A DNA stretch of 64,000 nucleotides. Source: Octopus bimaculoides. Taxonomy: Eukaryota. Made by a program: the position numbers and the translations under genes. Where the stretch lies: contig NC_068997.1 in NCBI RefSeq assembly GCF_001194135.2, forward strand, positions 7,781,759 through 7,845,758. The letters run 5' to 3'. Of this stretch, positions 52,461 through 64,000 are shown one piece after another (position 1 is the first letter of the stretch; each line of letters begins with the position of its first letter). The notes beneath the pieces were generated by a model. It saw only the letters and a list, made by a program, of their open reading frames with translations. It was not told the DNA's origin and searched no databases.

Positions 52461-52673
52461 TTAACCCTTTAGCATTCATATTAATCTGCCAAATAAAATG
52501 GTTAGGCATTCACATTGTTTCGAATTCATAATGCATTATTTCATAGCTTTGGTATTTCAATCGTGTGATTGTTAATATTTTGAATTACATTGTATGGTAG
52601 GTGTGAGAGGTGAAATCTGGCTAGTTTGACCATAGAATATTTGGGCCAGATATGGGCAGTTTAAATGCTAAAG
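52461..52673. mobile_element. piggyBac-type MITE family 2
   Basis: ttaaccctttagcattc ... ttaaatgctaaag. Related copies at about 5850-6064, 9045-9257 and 59118-59299. Confidence 0.7.
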
Positions 52674-53560
52674 TGGTGGTGGTAGTAGAAGCAGCAGCAA
52701 TGACAGCAGGGATGAAGATGTTGAAAATGAGTAGTGATGACGATGATGAATAATTTCTTCATCTTATTCAGCCAGAGTTCAGATAGCGCCCATATCTTTT
52801 GAGAGCCCACGGTAAGGTAGACTTGTGTGGCTTGTGTTCAATTTAAGAAAAAAATATCAAAGTGAAATGAAAAAAACTGATAAACATATTGATGATGATG
52901 ATGATGATGATGACAGTGGTGGTGAAGTTAACTCCACCAGGAGATGCAACTATTTTAACAGATGCCAACATCTGAGAGTTGTTTCAATATGCATCAACAG
53001 CTGCAGCTATTTTGATGTTTACAGAAAAAAAAACTACCTGCAGCTAATTTACAAAGTGCAACAATAACTGCAGTTGGCTATCAACGAGATAAAACAAAAA
53101 AAGCTTCAATTCTAAGATTTGTTTCTACCAAACTATTGGAACCAATGTTTAAAAAGCAATATGGGAGAGAGGCCAGCAGAATGCAGAGAAAATAAACTTA
53201 ATTTTTTCTTCTCTCAAAACAGAGCTTTTCTCCATCTGTTCCCATCTAATGAGTGAATAAATAATTAATTTTGTTCGTATAAAACTGGAGTGGTGCAGTT
53301 ATATACCCTAGGGCAATGAAGTACAGCCTTTTATAGAAAGTGGTCAACAAAATTTATGAGGAAAACTTGAAGGAGTATCAAAACTAAATTGACTTAATTC
53401 CATTATGCAATAAAATTGGTCTTAAAACTCACCCGCGAGACAACCATAGGGAATCCACTGGAATCACAATTCTAGGGTACAAATTGAATCTCATAAGCCA
53501 TAATGTTATAGAGGCAGTACCACACTTTACAGATATTCCTTTATCCATCAATCAAGTTGA

Positions 53561-53792
53561 TTAACCCTTTTGTTACTGTATTTATTTTTTTGAGATGCTC
53601 TGTGTTTCTTTCAATTATTTTAGATATAACAAAAAATTTAGTAAAATAGCTTCATTATCATTAAGCTAGTGTTAGGAACATAAATTGTGATTAAAATTTG
53701 GTGGAAGATTTTTAATTCAGAACTTTTGAAAACAAAACTTCTGTATTCAGAGCCAGAGCCGGTTTCGGCCGGGCTGGTAATGAAAGGGTTAA
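53561..53792. mobile_element. piggyBac-type MITE family 1 (TTAA-CCCTTT...AAAGGG-TTAA)
   Basis: TTAA on both sides and CCC/GGG termini. Homologous copies at 15735-15963, 36383-36611 and 36756-36963 (truncated). Confidence 0.8.
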
Positions 53793-54319
53793 ATCCAACA
53801 GTTGTCATGGATATGATGTCAGTGTTTCACAGGTAAACATTCCCAAGTAAATTGTTACTTATTTGAAACAGAAACTGAGGAAAGTAAAACGGACTTGCTC
53901 AATAACTGTAGAAGACATGAACACAAACTTGTGTTTATGCAATGATTGGTTTCTCCTCTCTCTCTCTCTCTCTAAACCAGCTACACTGAAGGAGCTCAGA
54001 ATGGTTATGTTCACAACTAAGGAAATATTTATCCACTTCACACCATGAAGCCCCAAAGTTAACCACCATCCTTGAAACTCACTTTTGGCATATGGAAGGG
54101 CACCCAGCTGTAGAAATCATGCCAAATCAGACTGGAACCTGGTGCAGCTCTCTGGCTCATCAGCTCCCAACAAACCATCTGATCCATGACAACATGGAGA
54201 GCAGATGTTAAATGATGATGAGGAGGAGGAGGAGGAGGTGGATTACATTATAAATAATGATAAAGCCTTTTGAGCCTAACAATAAAACTCCTCTCACTTC
54301 CTATCACACACACACACAC

Positions 54320-54364
<45 letters not shown>

Positions 54365-54721
54365 ACAGACATACATACTCATATATAGATTCTTCCACAA
54401 CTTCCCTCCACTTTAAGTGACCGGCACTTCTTTATGTGACTATCCTTAGCCCTCCACCAAACCAGCACAGTTTGCATCTAATTTCCCTTTATGCCTGACT
54501 CTTCTCTCAGCACACCAGTGCTCCGTTGCACATCCCGTAGAGCAAACCAGCTTAATTTCTCTCTAGTCTTCACGTGTCCTCTGCATTCAGGGCCCATGTC
54601 TCACTACCATGTAGCATTGCAGTTCATACACATGCATCATGCAATCTTCTTTTCACCTGGAGAGAGAGAGAGACCTTTGGTTACCAACAGAGGTAAAAGG
54701 TCTTAGATATATATGTATGCA

Positions 54722-54866
54722 TAAATGATGGGCTTCTCTCAGTTCCTGTCTACCAAATCAACTCACAAAGCTTTGGTCAGCCCTAGACCATAGTAGAAGG
54801 CACGAGATGAAGGTGTTACACAGTGGGACTGAACCTGGGACCATGTGGTTGGGAAGCAAGCTTCTT
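54722..54866 (-). mobile_element. SINE family A, 5' half
   Basis: Reverse complement of the family A head. Confidence 0.7.
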
Positions 54867-55990
54867 TATTTCATAAATTTTGCCATAGAGGCATTACATA
54901 GAGGGGACAAACAAAGACAAACAGACATAAAGAAGCTGCGGGCTGGACACAGACATTAATGAAGCTTCTTACTACACAGTCATGTCTGCATCAAAGGCAT
55001 TACGGAGGAACTGGTTTTTTTGAAAGAATAATTTAAGGAATTTGGTAGCATCTTCACAATATTATTCTGAGTCTTTTATTTCTATATATTAAGTCTGAGA
55101 ACAAGTACAACACACTTTCTTTTACTTCATACCAATCAATGTCTGTTGCTTCACTCCAAGATATTGAGGGAGCACTTTGATTCACTGATAAATAATACAT
55201 AAAAATACACAACTCATGTTACCTCCAGACTCCCTAATTCCTTTTCCAAATTATAAAGCTCAAAATTGCCTATTCCCACCACCATCTCTACAGCCAAGAT
55301 TATCTAAGGTCCAATCAGATTTAATCAACAAAGGATGGAAAAGGAGGGGACAGACAGAGAGAGAGAGAGAGAAGGAGAAAGGAAGTAATACCTATATATA
55401 ATATATATATATGATTGTTGAAAGAAAAAAAATGGTGTAGAAAAGATAGCTCTAATGAAGTAAGTTTAGCCCCTCACCCCAGTTCCCTATAAATTTCCTG
55501 ACACACACACACACACACAGATGGAGGTTATTTTATTGTTAAACAGGTAAATTAACGATGATGAGGATGATTTCGTTTGGCCGTATAAATATAGATTTCA
55601 ATAGTAACAGATATAATGTATGTGCAGGGACCACAAATTTAAGGAGAATTAAATGGATTCCAGGACAGGAATAAAAGAGTAAAAATGGTTAGAGGAAAGG
55701 CAAAGGAAGCAAAGAGCAAAATAAGGTGAAAAGAAGGAGAAACAAGGAAGGAGAAGAAAAAAAGGAGGAAAATAAAAGAAGACAACAGATGAATGATCAA
55801 AGATATGAAATGAAGACGAGAATGGTAAAGAAAAAAGGAAAATAGAGTGCAAGGAAAGAAAGAAAGAAAGAATTCAATCAAGTCTTAGTTAATGAGTGTA
55901 GTGAAAAACTTAGCTAACGAAGCTATTTAGATACTCACACATGAACACGTTTGTGTGTGAGTGTGTATAGACACATCTCGCTTAACATGA

Positions 55991-56044
<54 letters not shown>

Positions 56045-56136
56045 TTATATAAATAAGGATAAGATCGATATTTAAAATATTGATCTTATCAAGTGGTCAG
56101 CATGGGAATAAAAACCATCAAAGGTAATAATTATTT

Positions 56137-56652
56137 AAAATTATAATACAGGGTATCAAGGGATACCACCACGCTGAAAAAATAGCAGTCAAATCCTGAC
56201 TCCAAAACCACAATAAATGTCCGCAAGGCATGATTAGCGAAGACGAAGACCAAATAAACCAGTAAAAATAATAAGATAATTTCAAATCCTGGATTTCTGG
56301 CTTTGCATAAATCCTGTCCGGGATCGCACGAGAAGTTGTTTAGGCGGGCTATTTAAGCTAGTCGTGTACATACGTGCATATATATGTGTGTATACGTCCG
56401 TATATGTAAGTATACTGTTTATATACATGTATTTGTATTTATGTACTTGAGTATATTTCACTGATGAAGGCAGAGCATTTATGCAAAGCCAGAAATCCAG
56501 GATTTGAAATTATCTTATTATTTTTACTGGTTTATTTGGTCTTCGTCTTCGCTAATCGTGCCTTGCGGACATTTATTGTGGTTTTGGAGTCAGGATTTGA
56601 CTGCTATTTTTTCAGCATGATGGTATCCCTTGATACCCTGTATTATAATTTT
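56137..56652. mobile_element. Penelope-like non-autonomous element: inverted partial terminal repeat with a hammerhead-like motif
   Basis: Arms 56137-56312 and 56477-56652 are reverse complements (176 bp, 3 mismatches seen); the 164-bp spacer has a gctatttaag TATA-like box and the CTGATGA core. Confidence 0.65.
56455..56510 (+). ncRNA. Candidate minimal type I hammerhead ribozyme
   Basis: ATTTCA-CTGATGA-A-GGC[AGA-GCA-TTTA-TGC-AAA]GCC-A-GAAA-TC-CAG-GA-T-T-TGAAAT: 6-bp stem I, stem II, short palindromic stem III and an AUU cleavage triplet. One non-canonical A before GAAA. Confidence 0.55.
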
Positions 56653-56686
<34 letters not shown>

Positions 56687-57026
56687 GTGCATACAAACAT
56701 ATTGACACACCTTCATACATGTTAAATATGTATACATTACAGTGTATGTGTGTGTGTGTGTGTGTGTCTGAATGTATATATATATGCACTTGTGAGGGGT
56801 GATAGATACAAATCTGTTTACTCCAAGCATGCACAGATGATATACTCACTCACTCACTCACTCTCTCTCTCTCTCTCTCTTTCTTTCTCTCCAATTTTGA
56901 GGAATGAATCTTTCATCTGTTTGAACGATGGAGCTACTTCCTCATTGTATTTATAATGGAAGTAGCAAAGGATTGCACAGACTCTTGTACTCTTAGCAAC
57001 AATCACTGTGGGACAATGTGTGTGTC

Positions 57027-57120
<94 letters not shown>

Positions 57121-57699
57121 GTGACAAGTACCTGGCATTTTCAATTATTGGTAGGCTTACAGTTCATCTTTCCACCCAGATTCATTAATGGGGCTTGGAT
57201 CTACCCTAGGCTACGGCAGAAGACATTTGTCCAAGATTCCACACAGACATTCATTCTACAACCACACACACACACACACACACACACACAAATATGTGAA
57301 GGTGCACACAAGGCTTAGTGGTTAGGGTTATATTTGGCTCATGATCATACGGTCGTTATTTCTATATCCAAGGGTGCCATGTGTCCTTGAGCAAGACTCT
57401 TCATTGCTCCACTCCAGTCAGCTAGCAAAAATGAGTTGTACCTGTAATTACAAAGGGCCAGCCTTGTCCCACTCTGGGTTACACTGAATCTCCCTGAGAG
57501 GTATGTTAAGGTTACACATGTCTGTGGAGCACTCAGCCACTTACATGTTAATTTCAGAAGCAGGATTTTTTTTGATGTGATCAACTGAAAAACATGTCAT
57601 AACAGCTGTTTCTGGGGGGCTCAGTGATCCATAATAATGTTTGTAGATTGATTCCATCATAGGATGAGACAAGCCTCCATCTTCAGGGAAAAGATTTTA

Positions 57700-58262
57700 C
57701 ATTTGAGATGTTGAAGGACGGAATTTCACAATTCTAAGACCAAGACCTCTGGCGATATGCTGTGACTGAGAAGACCCGGCAAATAAAGTGAGTTCACAGC
57801 TGTAACCTACACCAGTGTCGCATAACCAGCCCCAGCCCACTCAAAAGTACCTTGGATCGTAGGGTGACCTGCTGTGCTGGAGGAGGCCTATTGGGTCAAG
57901 TACATCAAAATCAAATGGAAATTGTAGTTGTGATCCCTGTGCCAGTGGCATGTAAACAGCACCACCCAAACGTGGTTGATGCCAGTGCCGCCTTGACTAG
58001 CTTCTGTACCGGTGGCACGTAAAATGCACCATCCGATCATGGTCGATGCCAGCCCCCTGTAGCCCCTGTGCCAGTGGCACGTAAAAAAAAAACCCACTAC
58101 ACTCTCAGAGTGGTTGGCGTTAGGAAGGACATCCAGCTGTAGAAACACAGCCAGATCAGACTGGAGCCTGGTGCAGCCTCTTGGCTTTCCAGACCCCAGT
58201 CGAACCATCCAACCCATGCCAGCATGGAAAACGGACGTTAAATGATGACGATGATGATGATA
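57700..58262 (+). mobile_element. 3' end of an RTE-type LINE or derived SINE with a (GAT)n tail
   Basis: Ends ...aacccatgccagcatggaaaacggacgttaaatgatgacgatgatgat. Copies at about 20385-20548, 43860-44040, 46480-46690, 48540-48876, 54085-54222 and 62140-62262 (+), and 1985-2190, 21846-22145 and 61125-61285 (-). Confidence 0.7.
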
Positions 58263-59439
58263 TATACATAAGCATGATTATCACATGAAATATTACCAGA
58301 GATGTTTATTCTTCTCACACACATCATCCTATGAAATGACTTCCGGTTAAATTTTTTAGTATTTGAAGAATAGACTTAATTCCACATTACTCAGATTCTA
58401 GCAAGTGAGGGTCTCTATGTGATCACTTGAACAGCTAGAAACAGCAGTTAAATCTCCCTCAAGTTACACTTAAGAAAAAAAGACATTGCATAGGATAGTC
58501 CTGAATATATTAAATCTGAAAAATAGATGGGATCATATATCAGCATTGACTTGGAGGTCAAACAACAACTCCATCCCTTGGGATCCCTAAGTGACACACT
58601 ATATTGTAATTATGTTACTCTGCCAATATTCTTGGGAACGATGCAAATGAAGACACTGAAGTTAACCACCCGTTTATGGATACTTCTGATCATGAAAGGT
58701 CGCATAGTAACAGACATATTGCTCTTGTGTGGGGGATGAATACTTTTTGTTTTCTAACAAAGGGAAATCCTTGAAACTAAAACATTTTGAGTCTCCAAGA
58801 AACGGCAGTCAATGGGCACTAAGTATCATAGCAACGTTTTAAGAGGTGGACAGTACACAAAGCTATCTTTGTCAAATGTCAAACTGCCCAGGATATATCA
58901 CCATCATCATCATCATCATCATCATCATCATATGTATGCACAGTAAAGCAAAGAGACTGAAAATTAAGTACCAGGCTTTAAGAAAGCCTGGTACTTATTC
59001 TATTGATCTCTTTTGTCAAACTGCTAAGTTATGGAAACATAAACAAACTAACAGCAGTTGTCAAAAAAAAAAAAGGGTGGAAGACAAACATGAAAACATA
59101 CAGCAGCAAAGTTTCTCTTAACCCATTAGCATTTAAACAGGTCATATCAGGCCTCTTACACTTAATCTACAATGTCATTTTAAAAAATAAACAGTTGCAT
59201 CCTCAAAATCTCAAAGCTACAAGATTATACCCAATTAATTCAAAATAATCTGAATAAATACACATTAGATTTGGCAGAGCAACCTGAATGTTAAAGGGTG
59301 AAACCCTTTAAATGAATGATAGCAAGTTTTGAATCTTAAATCTCTGAAATACAAATTAACAGACAGAAGGTTGATGAAACTGCTTTCTTTTTTTGTTTTG
59401 TTTTGTTTTGTTGTTGTTTTAGGCAGTCCATCTTGACAG

Positions 59440-59745
59440 ATGACAACATTGTCTTTGATCCTTATAGGCTGTCTTGATGGCATTGGCAGGCCCTCTCTTG
59501 GCTGAAAAGGCTGATTCTGGAGACACATGTCCGATTACACTGAGAGCAGCAAAGAGGGCTCCGATGAAGATGAGCTTGTCTAAGGTTTTGCTGACGTTCC
59601 TTGAGCTGTCTCCACTTTCCTTCGAAGTCTAGTCAGCACATCCTTAAAATGCTGCGTACCAGTTTTGACCATACCCCATCCAGGTGGTACGGTCTGTGGC
59701 CAGTGTTTCAAACACTGTTGATGAAACAATTCAATAGACAGCTAC
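59440..59745 (-). mobile_element. RTE-type LINE 3' end fragment
   Basis: Minus strand resembles LA.DRTTW...VKTGT..F and ends with a degenerate C-x-x-C-x-R..SRISLFS motif of RTE ORF C-termini; frameshifted. Confidence 0.6.
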
Positions 59746-60188
59746 CACTAACTCACACAACTACTCAAGCACAGCTGAGCCATGGAGCTACACAACAATA
59801 ACTAAGTCAAACAGGGGAACATCTACAGGCTGACACAATCTGCTAGAAATAGCAGCCAAATCTTCCTTGAATTACCAATTCTATTATCTTCAATGAAAAA
59901 GGAAGGACACATTTCTGAAAAAAAATGGCCGGAATACCTTTGATAATAGTTTTGCTCAATCAGAGACAAACTGAATTAACCACCTCTTCCTTGTAAAGAA
60001 ACTGGGGGAGAAAATTATGGTCGATAATTGCATTTCAGGTTTGTCAACTTGAATAAGGAGTCTTGTAATGAAGTCTCACATGACTGAGTTTTTGGGGTGT
60101 TCAATAAGGGAACTCATGTAAAGGGAAAGAGTTTCTCAGGGCTCAACACTAATCCTTTTCATTTGCTTTTACTTGGTTGTATGTTGTT

Positions 60189-60633
60189 TTTTTTTACCTC
60201 TTAGTCAGGGACAATAAAGAGCTGCATCCATGACTATGATTCTTTCAGGGCCTCCAAGACTAATGGGAGGAATGAAGAAAGTTATCCTCAAACTAGAAAC
60301 TGAAGCTGGATGCTTACAACAGAATAGTTTTCCACTAAGGCCGTCTAAGGACCAGGTGGTGGTTCTTAAGCAAACAACTAAATCTGTCGCCCAAGAATTC
60401 AAAGCCCAAAGAACAGGAACAAAGACCACAAGGCATCTTGTTTGGCACTCTAACAATTCTAACAATACCATTCCATGGATTGGTACTTTATTGACCCCAG
60501 AAGGGATGAAAAGAAAAGTTGTCCTTAACAGGAATTGAAATCAGAGCCCAGGGAGCCAGAACAAATGTTGCCAAGTGTTTGTCCTAGACTAAGAATTCTG
60601 TTTAATTCATTGCCAAAATGAATGCCAATAATT
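60189..60633 (-). mobile_element. About 440-bp composite SINE-like element, copy 2
   Basis: Roughly 90% identical by eye to 33669-34112 in the opposite orientation; abuts an N gap. Confidence 0.65.
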
Positions 60634-61315
60634 NNNNNNNNNNNNNNNNNNNNNNNNNNNNNNNNNNNNNNNNNNNNNNNNNNNNNNNNNNNNNNNNNNN
60701 NNNNNNNNNNNNNNNNNNNNNNNNNNNNNNNNNNNNNNNNNNNNNNNNNNNNNNNNNNNNNNNNNNNNNNNNNNNNNNNNNNNNNNNNNNNNNNNNNNNN
60801 NNNNNNNNNNNNNNNNNNNNNNNNNNNNNNNNNNNNNNNNNNNNNNNNNNNNNNNNNNNNNNNNNNNNNNNNNNNNNNNNNNNNNNNNNNNNNNNNNNNN
60901 NNNNNNNNNNNNNNNNNNNNNNAAATCTTAACATCAAAATTCCAAATACTACTTGAGAGCTTAACATGTGGCGATAAGATTTTTCTAAGCAGAAAAGATA
61001 AATAAAACAGATGAACAAATGTTGGTGGCTATTTTATAATTACACCATTAAATGGGAAATTTACATTTCAAACTATTTCACCAAGGATTTTTTTTTTTTT
61101 CCCACTTTTTTTAATGCTTGTATGGGTTGGATAGAATTTGTTGAGGTAGATTTTCTACAGCTGGATGCCCTTCCTGTTGCCAACCCTCACCCGTTTCCAA
61201 ATAAGGTAATATTTCCTGTGAACAGACAGGTTTTCATAGAAGATTGGAAATGAAGAGCACCACATGCACAAGGATGACATTCGTTTATAATTATCACAAG
61301 AAATCAAAGCAAGAT

Positions 61316-61360
<45 letters not shown>

Positions 61361-61371
61361 GATATATATAT

Positions 61372-61700
61372 AATTGCAGCATGGAAGGTGTTTATAAGCC
61401 ATTTAAAATAACACACAAAATCCGTTAGATTCACTTCAACATTTAAATTTAATTTGTCAAAATATTTTTGTCGCTTTGAGACCACGACCTGTTCACTGAG
61501 CACAGAATTTTGTCAGTGAACAGGTCGCGGTCTCAAAGTGACGAAAATATTTTGACAAATTAAATTTAAATGTTGAAGTGAATCTAGCGGATTTTGTGTG
61601 TTATTTTAAATGGCTTATAAACACCTTCCAGGCTGCAATTGTTTTCGTTCCAGCACACGATCTCAGATCAGGTCACTTGCTATGCAAGTGCATCTCCGTA
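61372..61700. mobile_element. Foldback MITE (128-bp arms, 13-nt loop), Tc1/mariner-like TA end
   Basis: 61372-61499 pairs with 61513-61640; the right extension ends catctccg-TA. Partial homolog at 445-703. Confidence 0.8.
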
Positions 61701-61721
61701 ATATATATATATATATATATA

Positions 61722-62097
61722 CTCTTTTATTTTCTTACTTGTTTCAGTCTTTTGACTGTGACCATCCTGGAGCACGACCTTTAGTCGAACAAATCGACAC
61801 CAAGACTTATTCTTTCAAAGCCCAGTACTTATTCTATCGGTCTCTTTTGCCGATCCGCTAAGTTACAGGAATGTAAACACACCAGCATTGGTTGTCAAGC
61901 AGTGGTGCAGGGACAAACACAGGCACACACACACACATATATATGACGGGCTTCTTTCAGTTTCTGTTTACCAAATCCATTCACAAAGTTTTGGTCAGCC
62001 TGAGGCTATAGTAGAAGATACTTGCCCAAGGTACCACGCAGTGAAACTGAACCCGGAATTGTGTGATTACGAAGCAAGCTTCTTACCACACAGCCAC
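61722..62097 (-). mobile_element. SINE family A, near full-length
   Basis: Reverse complement of family A. Confidence 0.85.
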
Positions 62098-62108
62098 ACT
62101 ATATATAT

Positions 62109-62148
<40 letters not shown>

Positions 62149-63738
62149 ACTCTGCCAAATCAGATTGGAGCCTGGTGTAGCCATCTGGTTTCACCAGTCC
62201 TCAGTCAAATCGTCCAACCCATGCTAGCATGGAAAGCGGACGTTAAATGACGACGACGATATATATACACACACACACACACATTCGTATATGTGTGTGT
62301 GTGTATGTAATTGCTAAATCTGTGCTGACTGAGGAGCTAAAAACAACCTCAATAAATTGCTGAGGTGAGGTGTGCCCCTGCTTGCTGTTTTCTTCTCTCT
62401 AACAATCAAAACATTACCTCATCAACTCAACCAAATGAAACACTAAAACGCTTGACAATCATCCCGAGTTCACCATACAAAACTGCTTACATCAACACAC
62501 ACACTCACACACACACACAAACACACCCTGTACTCTGTCTGTTGTTAGACAGTCTGGGAAATTGTCACAGTTGTGCCTTTTGGCTCTCAAAGGTCCACAG
62601 ACATGAAGTAGCTGTGGTAATAAGAATGTGGGTCACAGGTCGTTCGACTGACACGCCTACATAATCACCATTGGGGAGTTTATAAGGGTATAGCCAAGAA
62701 TAGGTGGTTCACAAGTTCCCTGTGTACCACAGGATCAACCCAACTAAGTGGTACCTTGAGTAAGTTCCTTCTATAACAATCTGCAGTTAACCAATACCTG
62801 ATAGAGGGAAATTGTGCAGAAGCCTGACATCTGAAGTGTGTTTGTGCACATTGAGTTATTAATCATATTCTTGCAATATGGTTACTATTGTTTTAACAAA
62901 GTAGAACCAGGTGTGTGTGTATGTGTGTGTGTTTTCTTATGTATTTGGTGAGAAAACTGATAAAGCAACGTTTTTGAGTTCCTAGTGATATTTGTTCCAT
63001 CAGAGTTGTCCAGACACTCCCTTGTCACTCACACTATCACAAACGCTGGTAACTGGCCGGTTGGAAACCTGTAACTAACAACTCTATTGTTATACTAAAA
63101 TAAAACATCTTTTTAAACCCAGCACCATATTAATTTGGCAATTTGCACCACTCACTCGCTCGTCGATAAAATCCTGGCCAAAACTAACCAAATTAGCTAA
63201 TATTTCATTTCCTTTATTTTCAGACATGAAAAATAAAAAATAAAAAGCAATATTGAAATTTCAAAATAAAAATAAATACATCAAAAACAAAGAACAGATT
63301 TATTAAAATGGAACTCGGATTTTTATGATTCACAAGAAATAGGTTTTAGATAAAAAAAAAACATCTTTTTAAATGTTTATCAACAGTTTTAACACATAAA
63401 TGCGCTATTTATCAATTTTTATTGTCTACCTGTATCTATACTTACGTGTCTGTCTGTGTGTCTGTTTGCATTTTGATGCATGTACGTAGAACATTTGCAT
63501 GCAAAAGTGTGTTTATGTGCATACTTTGTGTACGTCTTCCTTCATACAAGTGTGTGTGTATACATCACATAAATTAGATGTATTATTTCTATATTGTGCA
63601 TATCTGCTTGTGTGTGTCTGTGCATTTATGTGCTTATGCAAATGTGTGTGTGAGTGTGTTTGCAAAGTGAGTTAAAGCTTTTACCAGTTAATAATCTAAA
63701 GCAGAGCTTATAAAACAGGAAATAGCATCTCTCTCCTC

Positions 63739-63782
<44 letters not shown>

Positions 63783-63834
63783 TGTGTGAGTGAGTGAGTG
63801 AGTGTCTTTATTTTTCTGCACCTTTCCTCCTGTT

Positions 63835-64000
63835 TATCTGTCTATCCCTCTCTTTGCCAATATATCTATCTGTCTTATCCCTCTCTTTGCCAATATATCT
63901 ATCTGTCTTATCCCTCTCTTTGCCAATATATCTATCTGTCTTATCCCTCTCTTTGCCAATATATCTATCTGTCTTATCCCTCTCTTTGCCAATATATCTA
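63835..64000. repeat. 33-bp minisatellite, about 5 copies, runs off the window
   Basis: Unit tctgtcttatccctctctttgccaatatatcta. Confidence 0.95.

Noticed and set aside
53433-53548. 38-codon minus-strand ORF ending at a strong CGG|GTGAGT donor
   Set aside because: The phase 2 end is incompatible with the phase 1 PLCG acceptor at 14645, and the peptide is not recognisable.
14646-64000. First coding exon of PLCG (expected LE.GT..T.F...K.PERR.F.V..ETRQ..W motif)
   Set aside because: I scanned the minus strand by eye and found no match. It is probably beyond the window or in an N gap, so it is not annotated.
63835-64000. CRISPR-like array
   Set aside because: Head-to-tail identical units with no unique spacers, in eukaryotic DNA without cas genes.

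Overview
AT-rich, microsatellite- and repeat-dense animal genomic DNA with assembly gaps. The repeat families and composition suggest a coleoid cephalopod, probably Octopus (inference). The only host gene I can support is a phospholipase C-gamma (PLCG1-like) gene on the minus strand. Four consecutive in-frame exons were reconstructed (14645-14496, 5764-5671, 3464-3417, 1889-1808), encoding the N-terminal PH domain and the start of the EF-hand region. Its first coding exon was not found (it may lie beyond 64000 or in an N gap), and the gene continues off the left edge. The rest is intron or intergenic DNA filled with tRNA-derived SINEs, RTE/CR1/Tx1 LINE relics, R4/Dong-like restriction-endonuclease retroelement tails at (TAA)n tracts, and several palindromic MITE families. 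The most interesting unannotated signal is a minimal type I hammerhead-ribozyme-like motif (56455-56510) inside a 176-bp near-perfect inverted repeat of Penelope-like architecture, with a decayed hammerhead-like motif at 7631-7665. Also notable are an atypical, minor-spliceosome-like GT donor in the PLCG gene and a repeat family whose internal spacer is flipped between two copies. Most computed ORFs are microsatellite, N-gap or repeat artefacts. Repeat boundaries are approximate.
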